64,000 bases of DNA. Source: an uncultured Thermoplasmatales archaeon. Lineage in GTDB: Archaea > Thermoplasmatota > E2 > UBA202 > DSCA01. Shown here one piece after another: positions 10,031 to 19,947 of the stretch. The notes under the pieces are model-generated. The model saw only the letters and a program-made list of their open reading frames with translations. It had not been told where the DNA came from and made no database searches. Made by a program: the position numbers and the translations under genes. Numbering within the stretch: position 1 is the first letter of the stretch; each line of letters starts with the position of its first letter. The stretch lies in contig CAZESS010000002.1 in NCBI GenBank assembly GCA_964514975.1, forward strand, positions 96,059 to 160,058, read 5' to 3'.

Positions 10031-11470
10031 TTATCGCTTCCGCTGGAGGTCCTGCCATGTCAGGATGGGGTTCCGGGCTGCTTTGACCTCGTCGATGCGC
10101 TTCACCGGCGTCCGCTGCGGCGCCTGCCGGAGCACCTCTGATGGCTCCCGGGCGATGGCGTTGAGCGCCTCCGCATATGCATCGAGCGACTGGCTGCGTT
10201 CGCTCTCGGTGGGCTCTATCATCAGCGCCTCGGAAACGTTGAGCGGAAAATACATCGTGGGAGGATGCAGCCCGTGGTCGAGCAGGCGCTTGGCGACATC
10301 GAGCGCTCTGACGCCCCGCTGCTTGAGCGGCTCCGCGCTGACGACGAACTCGTGCATCCGCCGCCCGGGATAGGGCAGCCTGTAGGCATTGCTGTCGAGC
10401 TGCTCGAGCAGGTAGTTGGCGTTGAGCACGGCTCGTTCCGAGACATGGCGCAGCCCGTTGCCCATCCGGAGCAGATATGCATAGGTTTTCAGGAGCACGG
10501 GCACGTTGCCATAAAAATGTGAGACATGGCCGACCGATTGCGGGTAATCATAGCTCCAGCTGTAGCCGTCGTCGGTGCTGGCGACGCGGGGGACCGGCAG
10601 AAAGCGCTCCAGCTCCGCGGACACACCGACCGGACCGGCTCCGGGTCCGCCCCCGCCGTGCGGCGTCGCAAACGTCTTGTGGGGGTTGAGATGGACGATG
10701 TCGAAGCCCATGTCACCTGGCCGGGCTCTACCCATGATGGCGTTGAGGTTGGCGCCGTCATAGTAGAGCAATGCGCCGGCATCTCTGACCATGGCCGCTA
10801 TCTCCAGGATGTCTCGCTCGAAGATGCCGAGCGTGTTGGGGTTGGTGAGCATGAACGCGGCCGTGTCATCGGACAGCGCCGCCTCCAGTGCGTCCAGGTC
10901 GACGCGTCCCTCCCTTGACGGTATCTCGACGACGTCGTAGCCGGCCATCTTCGCCGACGCGGGATTGGTGCCGTGGGCGCTGTCGGGCAGGATGACCTCG
11001 CTCCGCCGGTCGCCGCGCTGTTCGTGGTAGGCACGGGTGATGAGCATGCCAGTGAACTCGCCGTGGGCACCGGCAGCTGGCTGCAGCGAAAACGCGTGCA
11101 TGCCCGTAATCGTGCAGAGCATGTCCTTGAGATGATACAGGATTTCGAGGATGCCCTGCACCGTGGATGGATCCTGCCAGGGATGCAGCCCTGTCATCCG
11201 ATGTCGCGATGCAAGGCGCTCGCCAAGCCGGGGGTTGTATTTCATGGTGCAGGAGCCCAGCGGATAGGGGCCGGTGTCAACGCCGTAGTTCATCTGGCTG
11301 AGATGGACATAGTGGCGGAGAAGGCTGCTTTCATCCAGCCCCGGAACATTGAGGCTGCCACGCTGCAGATACCTGGGAAGCAACGGCATGTTTCCATCCT
11401 CCCGTTCGTCTCCATCATTCCGGGAGAGCTCGCCGAGCAACGGCTCGTCGTAGGAGGCCATCCTATACAT
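10031..11470 (-). CDS. gcvPB: Glycine dehydrogenase subunit 2
   Basis: YPLGSCTMKYNP, QPAAGAHGE, SAHGTNPASA, HKTFATPHGGGGPG. Confidence 0.96.
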   Translation of the reverse strand: MYRMASYDEPLLGELSRNDGDEREDGNMPLLPRYLQRGSLNVPGLDESSLLRHYVHLSQMNYGVDTGPYPLGSCTMKYNPRLGERLASRHRMTGLHPWQDPSTVQGILEILYHLKDMLCTITGMHAFSLQPAAGAHGEFTGMLITRAYHEQRGDRRSEVILPDSAHGTNPASAKMAGYDVVEIPSREGRVDLDALEAALSDDTAAFMLTNPNTLGIFERDILEIAAMVRDAGALLYYDGANLNAIMGRARPGDMGFDIVHLNPHKTFATPHGGGGPGAGPVGVSAELERFLPVPRVASTDDGYSWSYDYPQSVGHVSHFYGNVPVLLKTYAYLLRMGNGLRHVSERAVLNANYLLEQLDSNAYRLPYPGRRMHEFVVSAEPLKQRGVRALDVAKRLLDHGLHPPTMYFPLNVSEALMIEPTESERSQSLDAYAEALNAIAREPSEVLRQAPQRTPVKRIDEVKAARNPILTWQDLQRKR

Positions 11471-12770
11471 CGTCGCCTCCTATTATGGCGGCGGATGCCT
11501 CGACCAGGTCATCTATCATCTCCCGGGTGTGCATCTCGGTGACGCCGTAAAGCAGCGCGTTGTCCGGGCCATTGCCGAGCGGCAGGCCACCATGGATGCC
11601 CCGCTGTAGCAGCCGCTCGTTGAGCCTCCGTGCATCGATGGGCGGTACGGCCACGAACTCGTTGAACACCATGTCATCATAGGGAAACATGAATCCGATG
11701 TCCGCGAGCTGCTCCATGGCATAGCGTGCACTGTGCATGTTGACCGCTGCCAGCCGTTGCAGCCCCGTTGTCCCATGCAGCGCCGCATAGGTGGCAAACG
11801 CAACGGCCGCCAGGGCCTGGTTGGTGCAGATGTTGCTCGTCGCGCGCTCCCGGCGGATGTGCTGCTCCCGGGTTTGCAGAGTCATGCAGAAGGCGCGTTT
11901 GCCGTCGCTGTCATGGGTAGCGCCGATGACCCGGCCGGGCATCTGCCGGACATTGTCCCGGGTGCAGGCAAACATCCCCAGGCGGACACCGCCATAGTTC
12001 AGCGGGCAGCCAAACCAGCCGTCGCCGATCACGATGTCGGAGCCATATGATGACGGGGGATGCATCACGGCCATCAGGAGCGGGTCGACACCCATGACCA
12101 GCATGAGGTCGCTTTCATCTCTGAGCGTGCGGATGGCATCATACCGGGGCTCTATCAGGCCGTAGTAGTTCGGGTTTTCAAGATACAGGCCGGCCGCCCG
12201 GTCCGCCAGTGGGGCGACGATGTCCAGGTCGATCCGGCCATCATTGAGCGGTATCTCTCTCACCTCGAGGTCGGTGCTCCACAGGTAGTTCTGGAGCACG
12301 GATTTTTTCGCCGGGGCCAGGTTTTCCGGGATGAGAAAAAGGCCGCCGCCGGTGCTCCGGGCGACCATGCCGGCTGCCTCTCCAAGGGCGGTGGCTGCAT
12401 CATACATGGACACGTTGGCGACGTCCATGCCGGTGAGCTCGCAGACGATGGACTGATATTCGAACATTGCATGGAGGATGCCCTGGGAAAACTCGGGCTG
12501 ATAGGGGGTATATGCGGTTAAAAACTCGCTCCGGGCCACGATGTGCTCGACAGCCGATGGAACGTAATGCGGCTGGATGCCGCCACCCAGAAAGATGGGC
12601 ATGTCGCGACAGGAGCGGTTCCTGTTGAGCAATCCGTCGACATGTCGCTCGGCCTCCTGCTCGGTCATGCCCGCCGGCAGGTCAAGCCCGTCGATGCGGA
12701 TGTCCTCCGGGATGTCCATGAAGAGCTCGTCGACGTCGCTGATGCCGAGCGCGCCGAGCATGTCGTCCAT
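11463..12770 (-). CDS. gcvPA: Glycine dehydrogenase subunit 1
   Basis: EFLTAYTPYQPE, LQTREQHIRRERATSNICTNQ. Confidence 0.95.
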   Translation of the reverse strand: MDDMLGALGISDVDELFMDIPEDIRIDGLDLPAGMTEQEAERHVDGLLNRNRSCRDMPIFLGGGIQPHYVPSAVEHIVARSEFLTAYTPYQPEFSQGILHAMFEYQSIVCELTGMDVANVSMYDAATALGEAAGMVARSTGGGLFLIPENLAPAKKSVLQNYLWSTDLEVREIPLNDGRIDLDIVAPLADRAAGLYLENPNYYGLIEPRYDAIRTLRDESDLMLVMGVDPLLMAVMHPPSSYGSDIVIGDGWFGCPLNYGGVRLGMFACTRDNVRQMPGRVIGATHDSDGKRAFCMTLQTREQHIRRERATSNICTNQALAAVAFATYAALHGTTGLQRLAAVNMHSARYAMEQLADIGFMFPYDDMVFNEFVAVPPIDARRLNERLLQRGIHGGLPLGNGPDNALLYGVTEMHTREMIDDLVEASAAIIGGDDV

Positions 12771-12771
12771 G

Positions 12772-12918
12772 TTACTTGAATTCGGTGTACCCGCACTGAC
12801 CGCAGCTCAGCCGGTCGTTGTGCTCGGCGAGGAACACGCCGTCGCCGCACTTGGGACAGGTCTTCCTGGTGCGCACCAGCTTGCCGTCCTCTATCTTGTA
12901 CAGGTCTTTTTTGCTCAT
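12772..12918 (-). CDS. rps27ae: 30S ribosomal protein S27ae
   Basis: [48 protein letters not shown]. Confidence 0.95.
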   Translation of the reverse strand: MSKKDLYKIEDGKLVRTRKTCPKCGDGVFLAEHNDRLSCGQCGYTEFK

Positions 12919-12919
12919 G

Positions 12920-13297
12920 TTATTCCTCCATGTCGGGTTCTGCTTCCGCTTTCTCCGGTTCAGCCTCGGGTTCAGCGGGCGCCTTCTTTTCCGCTTTTGG
13001 CTCCGCCGTGGATGGCTCCCCACCGCCGGCGAGGTTGTTCCGCTCGAGGATGTGCTGCTGCTCGACGGCTCTCGCCTGCTTCGCCGAGGTATACCCCCGG
13101 GCGTAGCCGGTCGCCTGGCTGGCGCCGTAGGTCGGCCTGATGTACTCTATCACGATGACGTTTCGCCCGACGGCGTCGCTCAGCTTCTGCTGCACCTGCT
13201 TCCGGGAGGGCGTTTTTCCCTCGAAATGCAGCGTGAAGGCCACTTCCTCTCGCTCCAGGATCTTGTTTTCCTTTCTTGACGATATCTCGATTTCCAT
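12920..13297 (-). CDS. rps24e: 30S ribosomal protein S24e
   Basis: [31 protein letters not shown]; conserved operon position. Confidence 0.92.
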   Translation of the reverse strand: MEIEISSRKENKILEREEVAFTLHFEGKTPSRKQVQQKLSDAVGRNVIVIEYIRPTYGASQATGYARGYTSAKQARAVEQQHILERNNLAGGGEPSTAEPKAEKKAPAEPEAEPEKAEAEPDMEE

Positions 13298-13298
13298 T

Positions 13299-13796
13299 TT
13301 ATTCCTCCATGTCCCGCAGGACACGTTTGACTTTTTCTTTTGACTCAGATGTAACCATGACACGGGCGATGCCCTCTCCCGGGAGCCCGTAGACAACCGT
13401 CGCATCCACGGGGGCAAGCGCGATGGCCGCAAGCGCCGCCAGGTCCTCCTCGCCGTCCACCTCTATCCGCGTCGGCGTATCAGTGGCAAACGTCTGCTCG
13501 ATGGCCCACCAGAGCTCGTCGGTGATCATGCCGGCCGGGTTGCTGACCCGTCGCACCGTTATCCCGGTCTGCCTGACATCCCGCTCGACGGCGGGGCTGC
13601 ACGGCGACCTCTCAACCTGGAAGTCGACCACCGACAGGTCGGGCTCGATGCCATGTCGCTGCATGGTCGCGGTCACCATGTCACCCACCGTGACAAGGGG
13701 ACGTGACAGCGACCCATCAAGATCGTTTTCCTGGATGACCGCGCCGATCGGGTGCCGCAGCATGCTCCGCCTGTCGTCGGGCAGCACATAGGTCAT
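13299..13796 (-). CDS. GTP-dependent dephospho-CoA kinase (DUF359)
   Basis: VTVGDMVT, VSNPAGMIT, VDGEEDLAAL, VVYGLPGEG. Confidence 0.9.
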   Translation of the reverse strand: MTYVLPDDRRSMLRHPIGAVIQENDLDGSLSRPLVTVGDMVTATMQRHGIEPDLSVVDFQVERSPCSPAVERDVRQTGITVRRVSNPAGMITDELWWAIEQTFATDTPTRIEVDGEEDLAALAAIALAPVDATVVYGLPGEGIARVMVTSESKEKVKRVLRDMEE

Positions 13797-13969
13797 CGTA
13801 CCTTCAGGGCATACTTGCCGGGCATCTTGATACCCATTTTTTCCGCGATGCGGGAGCGCGCCGGGTCGATGATGACCATGTATCCCTGCCAGTGTTCCGA
13901 CGTCGGCGCATTACAGTATGGGCAGACATCGTCCTCGGTAAGCATGTGACATTTTTTGCAGGCCTTCAT
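13793..13969 (-). CDS. spt4: Transcription elongation factor Spt4 (RpoE2)
   Basis: MKACKKCH..CPYC..WQGYMVIIDPARSRIAEKMGIKMPGKYALKVR. Confidence 0.93.
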   Translation of the reverse strand: MKACKKCHMLTEDDVCPYCNAPTSEHWQGYMVIIDPARSRIAEKMGIKMPGKYALKVR

Positions 13970-14511
13970 TTGTTCTCCTCCCTGCGCCATTCTTTTTTGC
14001 CCATGCCCGGCTGCCGCATGGTCAGCCCGATCTTGCTCTCCCGGGGGTTCATCTCGTTGAGCGAAATGGTGACGATGCGGGCGCGGACCACGTCGCCGAC
14101 CTTCAGCGAATGCTTGGTCTCCCGGCCCTCCATCCGCTTGTTCTCGGCGTCGATGACGATGTGGTCGTCCATGATCTGGCTCTTATGAATCAGCGCGTCG
14201 AGCGGCCCGATGTGGCAGAAGGCGCCGAACTCGACGACGTCGCAGATGATGCCGTCGATGACCTCATGCTGCTCGGGCCTGAACGTCAGCGCGTCGAAGG
14301 AGACATCCTGGTAGATGGCACCATCGCCATGGATGATCTTGCCCTCGCCCAGGCGCTCCACGTTCTCGGTGACCAGGATGAGACCGTGCTGCCGGTCCAT
14401 GGTGCCCTCGAAGGTTTCCTGGACAATTTTGGTGCTGACCTCTTCCAGGTCTTCTCCGATGTGGTCGGGTTGGATGCGGATGGTATCGTCCTTTTTAACC
14501 ATATAATACAT
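13966..14511 (-). CDS. rpo7: RNA polymerase subunit Rpo7 (RpoE1)
   Basis: GKIIHGDGAIY, VVEFGAF..IGPLDALIHKSQIMDD, KIGLTMRQPGMGK. Confidence 0.95.
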   Translation of the reverse strand: MYYMVKKDDTIRIQPDHIGEDLEEVSTKIVQETFEGTMDRQHGLILVTENVERLGEGKIIHGDGAIYQDVSFDALTFRPEQHEVIDGIICDVVEFGAFCHIGPLDALIHKSQIMDDHIVIDAENKRMEGRETKHSLKVGDVVRARIVTISLNEMNPRESKIGLTMRQPGMGKKEWRREENK

Positions 14512-14565
14512 GAAATCTCCTACCTGAAATAGACCCATTGCTTATAAATATAATGGTGGCCTCGT

Positions 14566-15714
14566 TCAGCCCACGACGGACTGCTCCCGCTCGAAGTCTG
14601 CTTTGCTGAAGCGATCGTAGCGCAGCCCGGAGATGTCCACATCGGGCTGCTCACCGGCGATGTGCTGCGCGAGCACCCGGGCGACGATGGGCGCCAGCAT
14701 GAACCCATGGCCGGAGAAGCCGTTGCACTGGAGGAAGCCCCGGAGGCTGTCGACCTCGCCCAGGATGGGGCGTGCATCGGGCGTGACGTCGTAGTAGCCG
14801 GTCCACTGCCGCAGCACCCTGACGTGCCGGAGCACCGGCGCATACCGGATGAGCGTGCTGGACATGTGCTCCAGGAAGCCCAGGGTGGCGGTGTCGTCGT
14901 AGCCCGTTACTTTTTCAGGCGGCGGGATGCCGCCGAGCACCTGGCCCTCCTCCTGCTGGCTGAAATAGATGCCGTCTTTGAACGATATCACCATGGCGTC
15001 GAACACCCGGGCCATCCGCTCCGTCACCAGTATTTCTTTTTTGATCGGAACGTTTGGCAACTTCACGTCGGCCATCCCGGCTATCTGCTTTGACCAGGCG
15101 CCAGCCGCGTTGACCACATATTCGGCAGCAATGTCCCCTTTGTCGGTTCGCACGCCGGTGACCTCGCCGTGGTCGGTGAGCACGTCCTCGACCTCGGTAA
15201 ACCGGAAAAACCGGGCGCCCGCTCGTTCCGCCGCCCTGGCATAGGCATAGGTGGTCTTGAACGGGTCCGCGTGGCCGTCGCTGGGGCAAAACGTGGCGCC
15301 GATGGCGTCCATGCCGTCGACGTCCAGGATGGGCACCACATCGGGTATCTCCCCGGGAGCGAGCAGCTCGACGTCGAGGCCGAGGGAACGCTGTAGCTCA
15401 ACGTTGCGCTCCGCCTGCACCATGCCCTCCTCGTCATGCACGACGACGAGGTAGCCGCCCTGCCGGAGGCCGATGTCCGCCTGCAATTCCTCGGACAGCT
15501 CCTCGAAGATTGAGACGCTTTTCATGGCCAGGCCGATGTTTTCCCTGGTTGACCACTGCTGGCGCATGCCCGCGCCACACCGCCCGGTGGCGCCACCCGC
15601 CAGGATGCTGCGCTCTATCACCGCCACGTTGATGTCGCGCTTCGCGAGCTCGTAGGCCAGCGCGCAGCCGTTGATGCCGCCGCCGACGATGACCACCGTG
15701 GCATGGTCAATCAT
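14566..15714 (-). CDS. FAD-dependent oxidoreductase, dye-linked L-proline dehydrogenase/sarcosine oxidase beta-like subunit
   Basis: VIVGGGING, GATGRCGAGMRQQW, YDVTPDARPILG, GFSGHGFMLAP. Confidence 0.88.
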   Translation of the reverse strand: MIDHATVVIVGGGINGCALAYELAKRDINVAVIERSILAGGATGRCGAGMRQQWSTRENIGLAMKSVSIFEELSEELQADIGLRQGGYLVVVHDEEGMVQAERNVELQRSLGLDVELLAPGEIPDVVPILDVDGMDAIGATFCPSDGHADPFKTTYAYARAAERAGARFFRFTEVEDVLTDHGEVTGVRTDKGDIAAEYVVNAAGAWSKQIAGMADVKLPNVPIKKEILVTERMARVFDAMVISFKDGIYFSQQEEGQVLGGIPPPEKVTGYDDTATLGFLEHMSSTLIRYAPVLRHVRVLRQWTGYYDVTPDARPILGEVDSLRGFLQCNGFSGHGFMLAPIVARVLAQHIAGEQPDVDISGLRYDRFSKADFEREQSVVG

Positions 15715-15973
15715 CGCATTCGCCTCCCAGGGTTCCCAGCGACACGGGGACGATGAGCGGCCGGGTGGTCTGCCATTGCAGCTCGTCGATTGACTGCCCT
15801 GTTTCCCGGGCGAGGATGCGCGCCGCCAGCATCAGGCAGGTGCGACCCTGGCAGGGGCCCATGCCCAGCCGGAGGTGATGTTTGAGCTCGTCGAGCGTCC
15901 GGCAGCCGTTCTCTATCTCGCTGATGATGTCCTGCCGGGTGACGTCCTCGCATCTGCATATTATCGTGGTCAT
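15707..15973 (-). CDS. BFD-like [2Fe-2S] small subunit
   Basis: IICRCEDVT...LRLGMGPCQGRTC. Confidence 0.88.
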   Translation of the reverse strand: MTTIICRCEDVTRQDIISEIENGCRTLDELKHHLRLGMGPCQGRTCLMLAARILARETGQSIDELQWQTTRPLIVPVSLGTLGGECDD

Positions 15974-16434
15974 GGTTCCACCTCGACGGCGCGGACCTGC
16001 ATCGCCAGCTCCGGCGCGACCTCGACGGTTATGGCCGGGGTGTCATCTTTTTTGACGCTGTGGACGATGGCCTCGCCGATTTTTTCGCCCCGGCGGTTCA
16101 ACGCGGCGACGGTGTCGCTCTCCCCTGGAAGCGGGAGCATCTCGTAGGGAAGGGTCACCAGCGCGTGGTCATCCTCGAGTTTGATGACGAAGCAGGCCAG
16201 GCCGGGGCAGATTGCCACGCATTTGCCGCAGCCGATGCATGCCTCGAAATCAACGCGGGGTGGCGCGTTGATGTTTTCCATGGAGATGGCGTCGGTCGGG
16301 CAGATGTCGACGCAGGGATTGCATGGAATTTTTTGTATGCATTCGATGACGGCTACGCCCTTGTGGAGCTGTTTTTCCGACGGCAGGTCGAGGTCGTCCT
16401 CCGTCAGCACGCCCGTTCGGTCATATTCCTGCAT
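15970..16434 (-). CDS. 4Fe-4S ferredoxin-like subunit
   Basis: CIQKIPCNPCVDICP and CIGCGKCVAICPG. Confidence 0.88.
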   Translation of the reverse strand: MQEYDRTGVLTEDDLDLPSEKQLHKGVAVIECIQKIPCNPCVDICPTDAISMENINAPPRVDFEACIGCGKCVAICPGLACFVIKLEDDHALVTLPYEMLPLPGESDTVAALNRRGEKIGEAIVHSVKKDDTPAITVEVAPELAMQVRAVEVEP

Positions 16435-17869
16435 CGTCTGCCTCCCTGTGGATGATGGTTTTTGCCTCCCGGGGTTTTTCGCCGAACGGCCCGGCTCGCA
16501 TGTCTTTGAGGCGAGCGTGGCAGTCCTCCAGCAATGTTTCGATGTCATCCACGCCGTGGACCGTGTCTGCGGCGGCGAGACCTGCGACGGTGCCCTCGAC
16601 CATGGCCGTCGATGCCTCCTCGATGCCCGATGCATCCCCGGCGGTGTAGAGACCTGCAACGGAGGTTTCCATCCGTTGGTTGTGCAATGCCACATGGCCG
16701 CCCGCCGCGGGGATATATCGCTGCTCTGCGCCGGCCTGGAGCAGGAGCCGGGCGGACGGGGTCAACCCGACGGCGAGGCAGACCGTGTCACATGGAACGT
16801 CTTCCTCGCTTCCCTCGATTTCGTTCCAGTCGTCGTCGAGCTCCACCACCACCGCGCCTTCTACCACGTCGCCGCCGTATACCTCTTTCACCGAATGCCT
16901 CGTTTGAATGGGAACGCCGTGGCGGCGGAGCTTCGCCGCATGGACATGGTAGCCGCCGATAGATGGCATGGCCTCGACGACACGTTCGACCTGTACGCCG
17001 GCCTGCAGCAGCTGATATGAGACGATGAGGCCGACGTTGCCCGCGCCGACCATGATAACCCGTTCGCCCGGCCTGACGCCCTGGACGTTCATCAGGGTCT
17101 GGACGCCGCCCGCCCCGTAGACGCCGGGAAGGTCGTTGCCGGGAAATGCCAGCATGTTTTCCATGGCGCCGGTGGCGATGACGACCTGCCGGGCATTGAT
17201 TCGATAAAGCTGGTTTTCCATCCGGTTGGCGGCGGCGATGACATGCGCCTCGCTGCTGCGGCCATAGTAGCCGATGGCAGCGGTCTGTAGCAGCATGTCG
17301 ACCCGGCCGTCGTCGGCAAGCGAGATGATCTGTTCCTCGAGCTCCCTGGCGATGGCGACGCCGCGGGTGCCCGCCTGTTCCTCCCGGGAGCCGAAAAATT
17401 TGTGGGTCTGCTTGACGAGCTGGCCCCCCATCCGGGGGTTTTCATCCAGGATGAGCACCTGGCTGCCGTGTTCCGCCGCGGATAACGCCGCCATCATGCC
17501 CGCGGGCCCGGCGCCGATGACGAGCACCTCGACGTCGAAGTCGACCGGTGGATGCGACTCAAAGGACACCTCGGGAAGCCGCCCCCGGCCGGGCTCGACC
17601 TGCATGTCCCGCTCGGCGGGCACGATACAGGTCCGGACGGACGGGATGCCGTTGACACGCATGAGACAGGAAGAGCATTTGCCGATGCCGCAGAAAAACC
17701 CCCGCGGCCGGTCATGGGTGACGCTCCGGGAGAGCACCCGGACGCCGGCTGCATGGAGCGCCGCAGCGATGCTCTCGCCCCGGTAGGCGGGTATCTTCCA
17801 TCCGTCATATAAAAAAGTAAACGAGTCGGTGCGATCAAAGCTGAGGACGGGATGACGCTCTATCCGCAC
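16421..17869 (-). CDS. Proline dehydrogenase/sarcosine oxidase alpha-like subunit (2Fe-2S + FAD/NAD)
   Basis: RPRGFFCGIGKCSSCLM, VIGAGPAG, GGQLVKQTHKFFG, FPGNDLPGV. Confidence 0.9.
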   Translation of the reverse strand: MRIERHPVLSFDRTDSFTFLYDGWKIPAYRGESIAAALHAAGVRVLSRSVTHDRPRGFFCGIGKCSSCLMRVNGIPSVRTCIVPAERDMQVEPGRGRLPEVSFESHPPVDFDVEVLVIGAGPAGMMAALSAAEHGSQVLILDENPRMGGQLVKQTHKFFGSREEQAGTRGVAIARELEEQIISLADDGRVDMLLQTAAIGYYGRSSEAHVIAAANRMENQLYRINARQVVIATGAMENMLAFPGNDLPGVYGAGGVQTLMNVQGVRPGERVIMVGAGNVGLIVSYQLLQAGVQVERVVEAMPSIGGYHVHAAKLRRHGVPIQTRHSVKEVYGGDVVEGAVVVELDDDWNEIEGSEEDVPCDTVCLAVGLTPSARLLLQAGAEQRYIPAAGGHVALHNQRMETSVAGLYTAGDASGIEEASTAMVEGTVAGLAAADTVHGVDDIETLLEDCHARLKDMRAGPFGEKPREAKTIIHREADDAGI

Positions 17870-18336
17870 GCGTTCACCTCACGTTGTTTTTTCAGAAACA
17901 CCGTTGTCTGCCGCCTGAACACGGCGAGGTTGGGCGGCTCCTTCTCCCCGTCATATTTTGCCTCGAGTGAGCTGATCATCTCGATGTATTCCCGGTAAAG
18001 CTCCTCGTGCTGCATGAGCTCCCATGGAGACATGATGTCCCGGGCGGTATCCGTAAAATATAAATCTATCCATGTCCGGTCGCCGAGCGAGGGATGCGTC
18101 GCGTTGTATTCCATGTTGTGCGCCGCGGCGACGATGGCGCTGTCCACCATCTTGGTGCCCGCGGCCACCGACTTAAACAGGCGGATGATTTCCTCCTCGG
18201 GGACATGCGGGCATTCATCCATGAGCTCCTTGAACAGCTCGCGGGACGTCGAACTGCGCTCGATGATCCGGCGTCCTTCCTTGCGCTGTTCTTCCAGAAT
18301 CTCGTCGACGGTTGCCATCCTAAACGGTATGGCCAC
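17860..18336 (-). CDS. Hypothetical protein
   Basis: Protein-like 158-aa ORF overlapping the downstream start, inside the operon. Confidence 0.7.
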   Translation of the reverse strand: MAIPFRMATVDEILEEQRKEGRRIIERSSTSRELFKELMDECPHVPEEEIIRLFKSVAAGTKMVDSAIVAAAHNMEYNATHPSLGDRTWIDLYFTDTARDIMSPWELMQHEELYREYIEMISSLEAKYDGEKEPPNLAVFRRQTTVFLKKQREVNACG

Positions 18337-18363
18337 AGGCCATATATGCTTTATCCTGCCGGG

Positions 18364-19854
18364 CTAACATGACAGGTCGTTGAGCGCGTGGTCGAGCTGC
18401 TGCAGGAAGAACGCTGTTTCGCCCTGGCTGATAATCGTGGGAGGCAAAAAGCGGATGTATGGGCCGGTCGACAGCGTGGATTTGACGTGGTGCTGTCTGA
18501 GATGCCGCTGCAGCTCTTCGACGTTTTCCTCGCTGCCGAGGGAGACGGCGAGCATGAGGCCTCTGCCATGTATGTCCTCCATGACGGGATGTTTGTGCTG
18601 GAGCCTGGCAAAGCCGTCGCGCATCTGCGCTGCTCGTTCGATGACGTTTTGGGTGATGTTGCGGCGGCGCATCTGCCGGGTGGCGATGAGCGCGGCGGTC
18701 ATGGCCATGGGGTTGCCGCCGAAGGTTGATCCATCCCAGCCGGGCTGCATCGCATCGGATATCTCGCTGGTGGTGACCACCGCCGTGACGGGGTAGCCGC
18801 CGCCGAAGGATTTGCCGATGGCCATGATGTCCGGCGTCACGTTGTAGCTCTGGCAGGCGAACCAGTCGCCCTGGCTGACCGCGGTGCGGCCAAAACCTGC
18901 CTGGACCTCGTCGTCGATGATGACCGCGTCGCGCTCATCGGCGAGCTCCCAGAGCTGGTCGATGAAGCCCTGCTCCGCCGGGGTATTGCCTGCCTCCTCG
19001 CCCTGCACCATTTCCATGATGATGGTCCGGGCGCCGCTGTCGTCCATTGCCCGCCTCACTGAATCGATGTCGTTGAACTCGGCGAAGTGCACCCAGCTCT
19101 CGTCGTGTAAATGAAACGGCCGGCGGTAGTCCTCGTTCCAGGTGACCGCAACGGCGCCATGGGTACGGCCGTGGAAGCCGTTTTTGAAGGCGACGACATC
19201 CTTGCAGCCGGTGTAGGCCTTGGCGAACTTGATGCATTTGTCGACCGCCTCGCCGCCAGAGTTCTGCCAGTAAAAGTGCTCCAGCCCGGGGGGCATCATC
19301 TGCCCGATTTCCTTGAGGAAACGGGTGCGGGCTATCTGGACGCGGTCTTCCTTCATTGAGACCAGCAGCCTGGCCTGGTTGGAGAGGCCGCGCGCGAGTT
19401 CCTTGTTCGCCATGCCCAGGTTGGTGGCGCTGTAGTTGCTGTCCATGTCGAGATACCACCGGCCGTGGGTGTCGCGTATCCAGCAGCCATCGCCCCGGAC
19501 GGGCACGATGTCCTCCTCCAATGCGGAGACGGGTATCTTGTGCCTGTGGTGTATATCTCTTGCCTCTGCGGTTGCTATCTCTGATTCCTGGAGCCGCCCG
19601 ACGATGTCCCTGATGACAGGGTGCGGCAGCGCTGCCGTGTCGATTATGGCGGCTATGGCGGACGCCTGCTCCCGGTTCAGCGGCGCCCGGGGGTCGACGT
19701 CGAGCTGCTCGTTGAGGTGCTGTATGTGTGCTGCTGCGTCGTCGCCGAGGACGTCGGTGAGGACCTCGGTGATCCGTTCGAGCGTTGCGTGGCTCCGCTC
19801 GGGATGGTCTGCTCTCTCTGGTACCAAAATACGTTCAAAATGGGTTCTGTCCAT
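18364..19854 (-). CDS. Class III PLP aminotransferase (ArgD/ornithine aminotransferase-like) with ~95-aa N-terminal extension
   Basis: NSGGEAVD, GFHGRTHG, DDEVQAGFGRT, GKSFGGG, STFGGNP. Confidence 0.88.
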   Translation of the reverse strand: MDRTHFERILVPERADHPERSHATLERITEVLTDVLGDDAAAHIQHLNEQLDVDPRAPLNREQASAIAAIIDTAALPHPVIRDIVGRLQESEIATAEARDIHHRHKIPVSALEEDIVPVRGDGCWIRDTHGRWYLDMDSNYSATNLGMANKELARGLSNQARLLVSMKEDRVQIARTRFLKEIGQMMPPGLEHFYWQNSGGEAVDKCIKFAKAYTGCKDVVAFKNGFHGRTHGAVAVTWNEDYRRPFHLHDESWVHFAEFNDIDSVRRAMDDSGARTIIMEMVQGEEAGNTPAEQGFIDQLWELADERDAVIIDDEVQAGFGRTAVSQGDWFACQSYNVTPDIMAIGKSFGGGYPVTAVVTTSEISDAMQPGWDGSTFGGNPMAMTAALIATRQMRRRNITQNVIERAAQMRDGFARLQHKHPVMEDIHGRGLMLAVSLGSEENVEELQRHLRQHHVKSTLSTGPYIRFLPPTIISQGETAFFLQQLDHALNDLSC

Positions 19855-19947
19855 CGTTACTCATGTTTTTAACCATCTCGCCCATAAATATCTTTGGGAC
19901 TGCCGGTGGCTGGCAGATATGTTAAAATTTTTTAATCCGCTATTTTT

